Origin: Cetorhinus maximus
Taxonomy: Eukaryota
Assembly (NCBI RefSeq): GCF_964194155.1
Contig: NC_135907.1
Location: 10,230,001 to 10,294,000, forward strand
Direction of reading: 5' to 3'
Length of the DNA: 64,000 nt
The notes beneath the pieces were generated by a model. The model searched no databases, was not told the DNA's origin, and worked only from the letters and a program-made list of their open reading frames with translations. The first letter of the stretch is position 1; the number at the start of each line of letters is the position of its first letter. Both the position numbers and the translations under genes were made by a program. Shown here piece by piece: positions 35,718-48,612 of this stretch.

Positions 35718-36860
35718 AATGCTCTAGCTGAACCTTTACTAGTGATTTATAAAAGTCTAACATAAATTTCCTTGCTTTTGTACTCATGTCTCTATTTGTA
35801 AAACCAATAATTCAGTAAGCTTTTTAACAACTTTATCAACTTGTCCTGTTACCTTTTAAAGATTTGTCTAAACCTTTGAATAAATATTCCAATACCAGAC
35901 TACTGTTAAACTAAGTGGCCTATAGTTCCCTGAATTTGTTCTCTCTTTCTCTCTCTCACTCACCTACCTACCCACCCTCACTTGCTCATTCTCCCACCCT
36001 CACTTATCCTCTCACCCACCCTCACTCACTCATTCACTCACCCTCGCTTATCCACCCACCCACACTCTCCCTCACTCACTCACTTAGCTGTCTGCCAGTC
36101 CTCTGGCACTATTTCCTTTTGTAATGATATTTTATCAATATATAATAGTGCTTTTGCACTTCACAGCAATGTGGTTGACTCTTAAATGCCTTCTGAACAA
36201 GGGCAATTAGGAATAGGCAATAAATGCTGGCCTAGTCAATGATGCCCGCATCCCATGAATGAATAAAAAGGTTCCTTGACTTATTTTAATATGCGTGGAT
36301 GCAGTTCACTAGGACCAAGGGTTTTATCTTTTCTATTTTGAACTTGTTGATCAATCATCTCCCTCTCTTCTTTACATATCTTTAAGTCTCTTCTTCTAAT
36401 GTCAGGTTCAGCATGTTAGTTTCTCTTGTAAAGGCTGGACAGGTTAGGCTTGTATGCACTGGAGTTTGGAAGAGTAACAGGCGACTTAATTGAAACCTTT
36501 AAGATCCTGAGGGGTCTTGACAGGGTGGAGTGGAGGCGTGGAGTTGGCTGTTTCCTCTTGTGGGAGAATCACTGTTTGAAGATAAGGGGTCGCTCATTTA
36601 AGATAGAGATGAGAAGAAATTTTTTCACTTAAAGGGTAGTGAGTCTTTGGAACTCTCTTTCTTAAAAGGCGGTGAAAGCACAGTCTTTGAATATTTTTAA
36701 GGCAGAGCTGGATAGATTCTTGATTAACAAGGGGGTGAAAGGTTATCGGGGGTAGGCAGGAATGTGGAGTTGAGGATACAATCAGATCAGTCATGATCTC
36801 ATTGAATGGCGGAGCAGGCTCGAGGGGCTGAGTGACCTATCCTGTTCCTAATTCGTTTGT
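35718..36860. mobile_element. CR1 family B fragments (minus 35718-36430, plus 36430-36860) with a family A-related SINE 3' piece at 36160-36270
   Basis: LDRLGLYALEFGRVTGDLIETFKILRGLDRV on plus. Confidence 0.75.
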
Positions 36861-36975
36861 TCATATTGAGGCAAAGTAATTATTTAAAAAATTCTGCCAC
36901 TTTGCCGTCATTGTCTGTGAGTTTATCCTTTGTCTCTATTATTGGCCCTATCCTGATGATTTTTTTGTTGTTTAT

Positions 36976-38709
36976 GGCCCAGATCTTTGCTACGATGGAA
37001 AAGCTTGTCGTCATGGCAAAAATCCTGGAAATGGCCAGAAATTCCGTATCCTCTCCCTGAACATGGCATTTCCTATTTTCACAGGGGTGGGACTGGAGCC
37101 GGGTCAGGGTTCATTCAATTCATGGCTTACAGAGGCAACTGCCTATTTAAATCACCAGCTACCTCCACTGAAGTGGGACTTTGGTAGACCAGGAAATGTG
37201 AAAGTTGGGGCTGCATATTATGGCAGCGGGGCGGTGGGGGGGAGGGGAGGGGGGGGCGAGAAACAGCTGCCTCCATGCCCCCCCAACCCGCCAGATGCAA
37301 AGTCGGTGGGAAGCTAACCAGCTCCATGCCAGCCTGCCCCACAACCATAATACACTGCATGTGGGCAAAATTGCCTTACAGGGGGACTTCCGCCCCTCAC
37401 CATGGAGAAAGTCCGGTCCTCGAGAGCTGCCGGCCAATCTGATCTCATTCGTGGGCGCTGCCGGGACTGCCACCAGTACCAAGAAGGAGGTCCAATGGAT
37501 CCTGGAGTAAGTTAAGTCCTGGGAATTGGAAGGGGGAGGGTTTGGTCAGCTTAGAGATGGGGCAGGGCGTGGGGTGGTGGGTTTTGGAGAGCAGGCGGGT
37601 AGGAAGAAAGGGGGGTTTCCTATCTTGGCGGCTGCCCCTGATGCACAAAGCGTACCCCCCTCCCCTGAGAATAGTACCCCCCTTCCTTCCTGCTCTTTCA
37701 AAAACCTTTTAACAAAAACGGCCTGCCCACTCCTGCCCAACCACCCACGCCAACCGTATTATGGTATGGGCAGCGTATTATCGGGGTCAATTGGCTTGCT
37801 AATAAACCCAATTGACCCTTGATTATTTATTTAAATATGGTGGGCGGTCTGGCGATTCTTATTGTGTTATGAATGTGGTGGGAGAGAAGGTGGTGGGGTG
37901 CCCCCGCCAAAAACAGGTGCAGCGGGGGGAGCTTGAAAAATCCAGTCCCCAGAGTGTGCAGATTAGACCAGGTAAGAGGAGGTCTGAACTTGTTGGATTT
38001 GTTTGGATAGCCAGGGTATCCTTTGGAGAGTTAAGTTATCCCTTTTGATAATGTCCTGGGAAACCTCAGGGGTAGGTAAGGCACCCTTTGGGAGAGGTAA
38101 GGCGCCCTTTGGGATTGTTAAAAGTAAACATGATTGTGCGTAAACACATTGGAACTGTTGAAGCTGTCAAAGAACTGTCAACGGATACTAGGTGAGTTGG
38201 CATGGAGGGGGTAAGGGCAAAGGGTGATGGGTGGCATGAGTTGGCAATAAGTTGGCATAAGGGCCATAAAGGGCCAGGGGATGTGGGGGCCATGAGGGGT
38301 GGATAGAGGGGCATGGGTTGGCATGGGGAATGTGAGGGGCCATAGGGCGGGTAGAGGGGAACAGGTTGGCAGAGGGAATATGAGGAGCCATGGGGAGTGA
38401 TGGAGGCAGTGAGGTGGCATGGGTCGGGCATTGGGAGTGTGTGGAGAGTTGTGGGCTGGAAGGCTGTTTTTTGTTTTAATTTTTTTTTTAAAGTAACTTA
38501 AACAAGGTGCTGGAGCATAGAGGCCGGTCTTTTGCCCAGTCCACTTCTGCACCCAGTGGCCTCCACATTTTTTCCTGGGATGGGCCTAATTTCTAATCCA
38601 GCCCAGAATGAAAATCCCAACTGCAGCCGGCCATTTTTAAAGGCTGGATTTGCAGAGCTAAGTATTCTCCTGTTGCTGTTCATCTGACCCAGGGACAAAA
38701 ATCTGGGCC
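36976..38709. mobile_element. Non-coding Harbinger-type element with a probable nested MITE (~37207-37949)
   Basis: TIRs GGCCCAGATCTTT / AAAAATCTGGGCC; TSD TAT/TAC; CR1 resumes on both sides. Confidence 0.75.
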
Positions 38710-40042
38710 TACGTGTCTGTGGAACATTTACTATTTCTTTTTATATGCCTTGATAATTTAATTTTGTAGTCTCATTTTGTCTTCCACTAGGGATCTGTCA
38801 ATAAATGTTTATTTTTAATTTATTTTCTAACTCTTTTTTTTCCCCTTTTGTCACCAACTCCTTTGTTGCCCATGTACTAAGTTTCTGGCTTTTTCTCTAG
38901 TTTCAATCTTGCCCTTATTTCTTTATTTATCCATAGTGTGTCATCATTGGCTAGTTTGTTCTTGTTTTTTTGCGGAATATGTTTCTCCTGAAGTTTGAAG
39001 TTCTATATTTGGAAGTAAGGAAGCTGACTGGACATCCTCCTTTGCTCCACGTAAAATCGCCTGGTTTATGTTAACAGGCAGATTTCAGGGTTTAATAATA
39101 GAAAAGTTTACTCAGTGCCTGGGCAGGAAAAGGAGAACAATAACTGTGTCCGAGATTAGAAAGGTACGGCATATGTTCAGGTATTGTTCCAATAATAACG
39201 GATGACTTCAATCCACTCAAACTGGCGAATCTGAACCAGTGAATGTAAGATGCGTCCGCCACCGAATACAATCATTGAGGACAGGGGACTCCCTAGTGTT
39301 AGCAGGAGTGCTACAGACAAGTTAAATAGAACTTCACCAAAACACGCTGTGCAGGACGATGGTGTGCCTAATCTTCACTTTCAGGTCTGTGACTTCTTCC
39401 AAAAGGCTTAGAAGTCAGCAAATCCAATTTGAAAGGTCAAGTGGGAATCGGTCTCAAGCCTCAGCTGTGAGCTCATTTAACTTGAACATGGTAACAGTGA
39501 TGGGAGAGAAAAATAGTCAAATTTTAAATTTACAAATACACAAATCAAATGTAAAAGGATTTTAAAATTAAAGGGGGGGTGTCAAAATGGAGTGGAGAGG
39601 AACAAAAATGCAGAAATATTTAGGAAAGTTTAAAAGAAATAAAATGAGCCAGCAGCCGAGGCAAAGTTGAGAACACATGGCGTTAAGATGTGGCAGGTAA
39701 AAGAAAGAATGGCTCATATTTATACCAGCCATGATCACATCCTCAATACATTACAAGGCACCTTAGAAACAAAGCATTACTTTTCAATCAGAGTCACTTC
39801 TATTCGGTTAAATATTATAGTCACGCAACAGCAAATAAGATTACTGGTCAGCTGAAGTGTTTTCTTTCAGGATGAGTGTAAGCCAGAAGACCTTCACTTC
39901 TTCAGCTGCTTTCATGGGAACTCCTACATTTACTGGAGAGGGCAGAGGGGACCTCAGCTTGACCTCTGATCCAAAAGAGAGAGTGCAGCACTCCCTCACT
40001 ACTGCACTGGAATGTCAGCCTAGATAATCTGTTCAAGTCATG

Positions 40043-42543
40043 GGACAGAATTTTACTGGGCCACTGAGAGCAGGGTCTGTGCTGGGGGGTGGAGAATGGC
40101 CATAAAATTTGGATGGGATGTATTTGCCCGGATGCCTGATGTCATGATGTTGCTTCCGAATTTTACGTGCAGCAGGAATCATGGACGGTAGACTTTTCAC
40201 AACAATGCAGGGGGATTTTAATTAAGCTTTAAATGGCAATTAACCTGAATTTTATGGTACTTTTAGAATATTTTGAACAACACAAGGGAGCCACAGAGTC
40301 CAGGATCTCGCCTGGAGTTAATGGAGGCAGCAAGGAGGCGAGAGCTTAGTGATACCTTTGCTGACTAACCATACTGAGAGCAAGCGTGCAGTGCAAGGGA
40401 GGGTGGGGAACAGAAGCCATTGTTGAATGACAGCCGAAGGTGGGTGGGCAGGCTATGGTGGTGGTGGGTGGTGAAGGTGACAGCACTAACAGAGGAGCAT
40501 GTACACAGGCCACCACAGACGGAGGGTGCATGCTGCAAGGGTCACTGCGGAGCAGTGATACTTACTGCCAAGGGACTAGCCAGGAGGCGTCAGATCTTCA
40601 GGCAATGCACCCCGAGCATACTTTACAGCCACTCCTCATTCCAAGTAACTCCAATGAGTATAGGCCTAACAAGAAACTTCATCACAATCCTACAATTGCT
40701 CCATATGACTGCAACTGTCTTGAGTTAGCAATCTAGAACAGATGCCTTCAAAATCTGGACTGGAGTCAAGCAAGGCTGTGTGATAGATTGTAAATAGTAT
40801 GGGGCTACCTGCCAATAGCTATTCACTTCATCAAGATCAACTGCCCTCTGGTGTGAGTACTAAATACTGCCTAAATAGAAAACTTTAACCTCGGTTACAT
40901 CTGTGCCAAAACTAAACTGATCACATAGACATACATGATCTACAGTTTGTGGACGACTGCAGTTTCGTTGCCCACTTTGCATCAGATTTGCAAGCCACTC
41001 TTGATATCTTCAATTCTCCAAGCAAGAGACTCAGCCTGTCCTTGAATGTTGCCGAAACAAAACTCATATCAACCTACACCTGGTCAGCCAAATATTCTAC
41101 CTCCTATATATGTTAAAGGAGAGACTCAGGAAATGTCGAGCCTTTCCTATACCTTGGCAACCACCTCTCTCAAAAACACCAGATCAACTGCACCAGCTCA
41201 GAGTTCTACAAACTATGGCAGCGAGTGTTTGACAACAAGGATCTTTGCAAGTCAACAAAAGTGCTAGTGGAAAGGGAAGTTGTCGTCATTACGCTCCTGT
41301 GCTGCAGTAAGACCTGCATTGTGTATTAGCGACACATAAGAGCACTAGAGAAATTCCATCAGCGATGTCTCCATCGCTTCCTCCGGTTTCTTAGTATCAT
41401 AGTAAACTTGGCTACAATACATTCTGCCTTTGGCTGCCTGAGGCCTGGTGGCCTCCGGCATGCTGAGAATATTTTCCTCTGTCGTCAGGGCTACTGGAGG
41501 TGCTGGTGTCACTGGCAGAGGGGCTGAACAGCTGCTGAGAGCACCCTGAGAGAAGCCCTCAGGTGAGGAAACTGGCCACTTCTTCCTTTCAAGGCACACT
41601 TGCACCTCCCTGCTCACCTGAGAAGCATACAGACCTGGTGGAGACTCCAGGCAGCTCGTCCCCCTCTTGCCTTGCCACTGCTGCATTGAGCTCACGGAAA
41701 AGACAGATCTGCTTGCATCTCTGGCATACACTCACTGGTCTGCTGTATCTGGCTCTCTATGAGGGTCAACAACCTCTTGATGGATGAACCCATGTGTGCA
41801 CATGCCTGAAACATGGAAGAGCTCATGGATGCCTCCTCCATACTTTCAGGGACCTTGTGTGGGAGTCAGCAAAGACAGATGACCAGCTCTCGCTGAGATG
41901 TAGCCATTCGTCTGACAAAGTGTGCTGCTGGCACACCCTCCTTGCCACCGACTGGGTGCTCAGTCCCTCCCCATCTTATGTTGCCATATGGAAGCCCCAA
42001 AAAAGAAAGCGGTATGGAGAACTCACTGGGGTGAATGAGGTTGTTGACCCATTTGTGGCATTGCACCCAGCCTCAGGAGGTTGACCCAATGGTTGCTAAT
42101 CACCTCTGCAATCTCCATCCAGGCTTGTTTGGCAAGGCAGGCCAGTTTCTTCTTTCTGTCCCTTGGAGAGACGACCTCCTGCCTTGCCCTTGCAGCTTGG
42201 ATGAGAACCTACAGGGAGGCATCACTAAATTGTGGAGCCATCCAGGCTCTTCTGCATTGTTTCAGCAGGTTCCCATTTATCTCCTTCAGGTCTTCAGCAA
42301 TGTAGGGCTAGAGAAGTGGCCTCTGCACTGACTGTTGGGCTAGAGGAGGGTCCCTGCACTTTGGACTGCAGAAGGCGTGTGCTGGGCAGGCAAGTGTTCA
42401 AACAAGGCAGCAGTACATGCAGGGCTGGCAGCCTTCAAGTCAGGTGGCACTGCCATCGGAGCCTTGTTGCCTTCCTCTGCTCTTTAATTGAACGGCTTCC
42501 TCACATCTGGTGCTGTTGCTGAGATGTCAATAAAATTCAACTC
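40043..42543 (-). mobile_element. Old Harbinger element with Myb/SANT exon 1 on minus (42241-42027) and a nested RTE
   Basis: Ends GGACAGAATTTT / AAAATTCAACTC; TSD ATG/CTG; MAPQFSDASL*VLIQAARARQEV...QAWMEIAEVIS...WVQCHKWVNNLIHP|GTGAGT. Confidence 0.75.
40625..41400 (+). mobile_element. RTE (BovB-like) LINE RT fragment
   Basis: FITILQLLH, DAFKIWTGVKQGCV, DLQFVDDC, ALEKFHQRCL. Confidence 0.8.
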
Positions 42544-43177
42544 CTGGAGTGTATTGTGAACCCATAACTTTCTAAAATGAAAGCTATTAACTTAACCAAG
42601 CTGGAAAGGTGAGGGCATGATTCTGTGGACAAACCAGAGCTGTCAGCATCCAGCTGTGTGCCACCCCATAGCTTCAGCAGCAGTGTTGGGCCCTGCTGCT
42701 ATAGTGGGGAGGCGGGGGCAGGGGGCTGCTGTTCAGCAATGACCACTCGGCACTGCCTGATTTTGTCTTTGCACCTGTTGGCATCATCAACCAGCCCACA
42801 GTGGGCACATAGATATTGAAAGTATCTACCCATCACTGCCAGGTGAGTTGCTGCTATCAGCCCACCTCCTGCGAGGTTGGCTGGAGGCGGAGCCCATCAG
42901 ATGCCAAACCGATGCTCTCCTGTTCCATGTTCCTCCTGGTCACGATGTCAAAGCTCAACAGGGGGGTCCCAGTCCGATTACACCCATAGAGTCATTATGG
43001 TACACCTTTCATCCCATCTGAAGTGGATTATAATCCTATCCCCTTTTTGGGACTATTCTGGATTAGATGTACTCCTTGGATGATCAATCTCACTTCAGGT
43101 TGAGAAAGACAGGCCCCATGGACACTTAAATGGTTCTGAAAAGCTGATCCAACTCTTCCTCTGTACTATTTGACAAG

Positions 43178-43352
43178 AGGAGGAGTGATCTCTGCACTGT
43201 CGATTTAGGAGGAGGGGTCTCTGCACTGTTGGGCTGGAGGAGGAGTCTCTGCACTATTGGTTTGGAGACGGGGTCTCCGCACTGTTGGTTTAGGAGGAGG
43301 GGTCTCCGCACTGTTGGTTTAGGAGGAGGGGTCTCCGCACTGTTGGTTTGGA
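43178..43352. repeat. 29-bp minisatellite (GGAGGAGGGGTCTCCGCACTGTTGGTTTA), ~6 units
   Basis: Direct inspection. Confidence 0.9.
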
Positions 43353-43460
43353 GGAAAGGAACCACCAGAGAATATTACCGTCCTCCAGATAGCCTTTTTA
43401 ACAAATTTTAGCTAGATTATAAAGGTCCAGACATCTCTCCTCAACAATGTACCTCTCCAC

Positions 43461-44330
43461 TGTAGAGTGTATGGAGATGGGTTTTTGAGTTTGGATACAG
43501 AAGACTATATGAGAACACATACTTTCTAAATTATATAAAGGTTTATTAAAGAATTGAACATGCAATTCACTTTTGATGATAAATCAATCACATTGACAAT
43601 TCTAGGAAAAGTATCATCTTGTTTCTACTAGAGAATCCAGGTCTTATTAATGTTACAGAGATATTTAAGATATCCATCATACTTAAAGTAGTATTTACCT
43701 TAAATCCCCGATTAGAAAGCTACCGACTCTCACGAGATACCTTCAACCCAATTAAGGGGAGAACTATCATCACTACACTACAGCACTACCTCTACCTTGA
43801 GAGAATCTAACAAATCTAAAAATCTTACTGTGTAATTCCAATATTTATACCCTAAAAAGAACTAAACCAGCAGGAAGCATATTGAGCACTTATGCTGGAT
43901 AGCATCCTTTGTTTTTCTTCACCATCTTCCAAGCAGACAGGATACTGAGAGATGTAGGTAGTGATCACTTCCTTGCAACACCTAGTCTCCAGGGTTCAGA
44001 TAACAGGTTATTTAGGTCATCCTAAAGATTATCCACTGTTAGATTGTAGTATCTTACAATTTATCAATGCCTTACTGAGGTGATGTAAAGGCCAGTTCTT
44101 GTTTTTTCAAAACTGTCTTCTGCTAGAGGATATGCCACAGGATGTTGTTGTCCTTGAACACACAGTTGTGCCCAGGTATGCTTATAAATGTTTTAACTCT
44201 TTTCCCTTTGTCCAGCAAATGAACACTGGGTTTAATTTTTAATCCCTGCTTCATAAGAGAATAATTCTTTTTAATCTCATAACTGCTTTTAATAGCTGGA
44301 TTCTCTTATAACTTCATATTTATAGCTGCA
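43461..44330 (-). mobile_element. Possible solo LTR
   Basis: TGTAG...CTGCA ends, AT-rich, minus-strand AATAAA near 43542; no TSD found. Confidence 0.35.
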
Positions 44331-45729
44331 TTCCTTCACACATTGAGTCCATGCCAGCTTCCTGTAGAGCCATCCAGTCAGTCCCATTCCCTAGCCTCAT
44401 CCCTGTAGCCCTGAAAGTTTATTTCCCTCAAGTGCCCATCCAATTTTCTTTTGAAATCATTAATCATCTCTGCTTCTACCACCCTCATAGGCTGTAAGTT
44501 CCAGGTCATTGACATGCACTGCATAAAAATGTTCTTCCCCACATTCCCTCTGCATCTCTTGTCCAAAATCTTAAATCTGTGTCTCCTAGTCCTGGTACCA
44601 TCAATTAATGAGAACAGTTTTTCTTTGTCTACCTTATCTAAGGCTATCATAATGTTGTAGGCTTCTATCAAATCTCCCCTCAAAATTCTTTGCTCCAAGG
44701 AGAACAACTCCAGCTTCTCCTACCTAACCTTGTAGCTAAAATTCCTCATCCCTGGAACCATTCCGATAAATCTTCCCTGCACCCTCTTAATGACCATCAC
44801 ATCCTTCCTGAAGAATGGTGACCAGAAATGGATGCAATACTCTAGATGTGGCCTAACCAGAGTTGCATAAAGATTCAGCATAACTTTCCTGCTTTTCTAC
44901 TCAATACCTCAATTTATGAAGCTCAAGTTCCCACATGCATTGCTAACCACTCTTTCAATATGTCCTTCCACATTCAAAGATCTGCACATATGAACCCTCA
45001 GATCCCTCAGTCCCTGCACACCCTTTAAAGTTGCGCCATTAAGTCCATATTAGTCACAGTAATGCCTTCTGCCAAAATTCATCATCTCACACTTCTCTGC
45101 ATTGAATCTGCCATTTGACTGCCCATTCTTCTAGCCTATCTATGTCCTATTGCAGGTGATTTGTACCAACCTCACTGTCCGCCATATATATATATATATT
45201 TATATATATATAGAAGTGGTCCTAGCACTGACCATTGGGGAACACCACTGCCTACTGTCCGCCAGTCTGAAAAATAACCAATTACCATGACTCGCTATTT
45301 TCTGTCCTTAAGACAATTTTTTATCCAAGCAGACAATGACCCTCCTACTCTGAGCTTCAATTTTGTTAACCAGTCTTTCATGTGGTACTTTGTCAAACAC
45401 TTTCTTTAAATCCATATGGACAACATCCATGGTGTTTGCTTCATCAACCTTCTTGTTACTTCATCAAGGAATTCAATTAGATTAGTCATGCACAATCTGC
45501 CTTTTACAAATCCCTACTGGCTCTCCTTAATTAACTCAAACTTTATCAAATACCTGCTCATTTTTCCCTTGATTATTGTTTCTAAAACCTTATCCACCGC
45601 TGATGTTAAATTGGCTGGCCTGTGGTTAATAGAAATGTCGTTACACCCTTTCTTGAACAAGTGTGTCACATTTGCCACTTTCCAATCCTCTGGCACTTAC
45701 CCCATTTCTAGAGAAGTTTGGAACATTAT

Positions 45730-47398
45730 GGGCGTCGAACGTCATGGCGGGTGTGAGCGGACAATTTGGCGGGAAGGCCAAAAATCAGTTTCACGACGTC
45801 GTGAACCAGTTTGCAATCGTCTGCTCCACCAGTAAATGTTGGGCTATGTTTCCCGCTGCCACACATCGGGAACTTCATTGTAATTCATCTGCATATCATT
45901 TCAAGCCCAGCTCGCCGGAATCGTCCACCCGCGCTGGATAATCCGGGCGCCAGAACTGTGCATAAGTGACAGGCACCTGGCGAGCTGCACTTGTCTCGGA
46001 ACTAAAAGGTTTGTTTGCCTCCATTGCTTCGGGCAGCATTTTTGCTCATCAGTGTCAGGATTTGCAGGCAGCATTACATCATTTTTATGGGGGCTCCCAA
46101 TGCGGTCTCCTCTACATTGGAGAGACCAAACGCAGACTGGTGACTGCTTTGTGGAACACCTTCGGTTTGTCCGCAAGCATGACTCAGACCTTCCTGTCGC
46201 TTGCCATTTCAACATATCATCCTGCTCTCGTGCCCACATGTCTGTCCTTGGCCTGCTGCAATGTTCCAGTGACACCTAACACAAACTGGAGGAACAGCAC
46301 CTCATCTTCCGATTAGGCACTTTACAGCCTTCCGGACTTAACATTGAGTTCAGCAACTTCAGACCATGAACACTCTTTCCTCCACCCTCACTCCTTTTTT
46401 ATCTCCTTTTTTCAATATTTGTTTTTATTTTTTAATTTTTATTCTTTATCCACTTACTTTTATTTATTTTCATTTTTATTAATTGTTTTATCCTCACCTT
46501 TTATCCTATTTCGTTCTTTTTTCCCACTACCATCCCCTCCCCCCACCCCACCGGGCCATCTGTCACTTGTTCATGTTGTTTTTTCCAGCATACTTACCCT
46601 TGTCCTGCTATTATCACATTCTGCTTTCTTACCTTAATGCCACCATCAGCACCTCCTTTAGCCAGTACCACTACCATTAACACCCCTTTGTCCTTTTCTT
46701 CATGACATCTTTGTCAATCTCTCCTTTGCCTCCACCTATCGTTAGCCTTCTATCCAGCTTCACCTGCTCCACCCCCCTTAAAACAGTATAAATTTCATCA
46801 CATTCTTATTTCTCTTTAGCTCTGAAGAAGAGTCAAACCAGCTCAAAATGTTAACTCTGTTTTTCTCTCCATAGATGCTGTTAGGCCTGATAAGTTTTTC
46901 CAGCATTTTCTGTTTTTGTTTGAGATCATTCATCCTCTTTCAGCACTGGATGGCCAACCGCTTTTGTGCAGCGTTGGCACTGACCACCATTGCCACCATC
47001 TCCCAAGCTAGAGTGGTGAGTGCTGGACCTCCTGCAGCCAGAGCGGGGAGTAGAGGACATCATGGCAGACCTCAGAAAGGCACTCCAGAGATGGGTCACT
47101 GGCCTCTTCTTGGCTTTCAGGGCCATGTCTTCATTGGAGCAGTCCTGGGCTGCAAGCATTGAGAACAGTGTAGGCAGTTGCAGTTTAGATATGGCACCCA
47201 GAATGAGGAAACGGTGAGGTAATGGCGTGGAGAGCAATTCAGAGGCTGCTCGCCAGCGGATGCCGTGTTTCCTGCGGCTGCATAATTAATGAGGCAGGAT
47301 TAGGACGATACTGCGTGAAAAGCCGCCATTGCGGCTGGCGGGAAAACATTTTTTCCACCCGCTACCACACTTAGGGTGGAATCGTCCTAAATTTGCAC
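45730..47398 (-). mobile_element. Internally deleted Harbinger with Myb/SANT exon 1 (~47127-46922), a nested Penelope and an inverted terminal segment
   Basis: TSD TAT at 45727-45729 and 47399-47401; minus AWEMVAMVVSANAAQKRLAIQC*KRMNDL. Confidence 0.8.
46093..46921 (+). mobile_element. Penelope-like element 3' end: GIY-YIG endonuclease fragment plus pseudo-LTR with a decayed hammerhead (46818-46856)
   Basis: SQCGLLYIGETKRRL/DCFVEHLRFVRKHDSDLPVACHFN...EEQHLIFRLGTLQPSGLNIEFSNF. Confidence 0.92.
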
Positions 47399-47569
47399 TA
47401 TGGAAAGCCCTTCTTTTCTCTTCCCCACTTCCTACAGCAACCTGGGATGTAAACTATCCAGACCAAGTGACTTATCCACTCTAAGCATAATCAGCCTTTC
47501 CAGAAGCTCTTGCCTATCAATTTTCACCCCATCTCTACCGTTATTCACTTCCTTACTAATACCAAGTAC

Positions 47570-47750
47570 TCATTAAGTAGTAATGGGGTGACTGACTCAC
47601 TCGGAGTTCAGTTAGTAATGGAGCGACCGACTCACTCAGAGTTTAGAGTTAGTAATGGAGTGATCAACTCTCTTTCTCAATGTTCAGTTAGTAATAACAG
47701 AGTGATGCTCTCTCCATAATAACAAAGTGACTGTCTGATTTTAGTTAGCA
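47570..47750. repeat. Short degenerate tandem repeat (AGTTAGTAATGGAGTGACTGACTCACTC)
   Basis: GTTAGTAAT recurs ~4-5 times. Confidence 0.7.
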
Positions 47751-47754
47751 ACTC

Positions 47755-48612
47755 ATAAGCTTGAGCTCATCCAAAACTCAGTTGCCTGTTTCCTCACTTG
47801 CACCAAGTCCTATTCATTCATTCATTCATTTCCCCTGTGCATGTTGATCTACATTGGTTCCTGGTCCTGCAATGCCTCAATTGTAAAACACTAATTATTG
47901 TTTTTGAATCTCACACTGCCTTGCTACTCCCTTTTTCTTTAATCTCCTCCAGCCCTACAACCCTCCAGATCCCTGCGCTCCTCCAATTCTATTCTCTTGT
48001 ACATGCCCGATTTTAATCGCTCCACAATTAATGGCCATGCCTATGGCTGCATAGACCCTAAATTTTGAAATTCCTTTTAAACCTCTCTACCCCTCTCCTC
48101 CTAGCTTTTTACCCAAGATTTCGGTCACCTGTCCTAATACCTCCTTATATAACTCAGCTTCAACTTTTCTTTTAAAAATACTCAGTTTTCTTTCATGGGA
48201 TGTCGGCATCGCTGACAAGGCCAGCATTTGTTACCCATCCCTGATGGCCTTTGCTGGGCCATTTCAAAGGGCAGTTAAGAGTCAACCACATTGCTGTGGG
48301 TCTGGAGTCACATGTAGGCCAGACACGGTAACAACAGCAGATTTCCTTTCCTAAAGGATCTTGGTGAAACAGATGGATTTTTACAACAATTGATGATAGT
48401 TGCATTGTTACCAGTACTGAGACTAGCTTTCAATTCCATATTTATTGATTGAATTTAAATTCCACCAGCTGCCGTGGTGGGATTTGAACTTTTGCCCTCA
48501 GAGCATTAGCCTGGGCCTCTGGATTACCAGTTCAGTGACATTACCATTATGTCACCCTCATCCCAGTGGTGAAGCATTGGGGTACATTCTGCTACATTAA
48601 AGGTGCTATATA
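47755..48612 (+). mobile_element. L2 LINE 3' end interrupted by a SINE
   Basis: KLELIQNSVA...DLHWFLV; tail AAAGGTGCTATATAAATGCAAGTTGTTGTTG. Confidence 0.8.
48190..48560 (-). mobile_element. tRNA-derived SINE sharing its 5' head and 3' tail with LINE family A
   Basis: Minus-strand A-box-like GGTGACATAATGG and B-box GTTCAAATCCCACC; body matches ~12715-13000; tail matches family A 3' ends. Confidence 0.85.

Larger units (their letters stand above)
39855..42605 (-). mobile_element. DeuSINE/SacSINE1-like SINE split by a Harbinger (39855-40042 and 42544-42605)
   Basis: GCAGCACTCCCTCACTACTGCACTGGAATGTCAGCCTAGAT...AAGTC resumes as CTGGAGTG...GAACCCATAAC. Confidence 0.7.
44340..47530 (-). mobile_element. 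CR1 family B split by a Harbinger (44340-45729 and 47399-47530)
   Basis: PEDWKVANVTHLFKKG...; LFSLEQRILRGDLIEAY; GGAACATTAT resumes as TATGGAAAGCCC. Confidence 0.88.
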
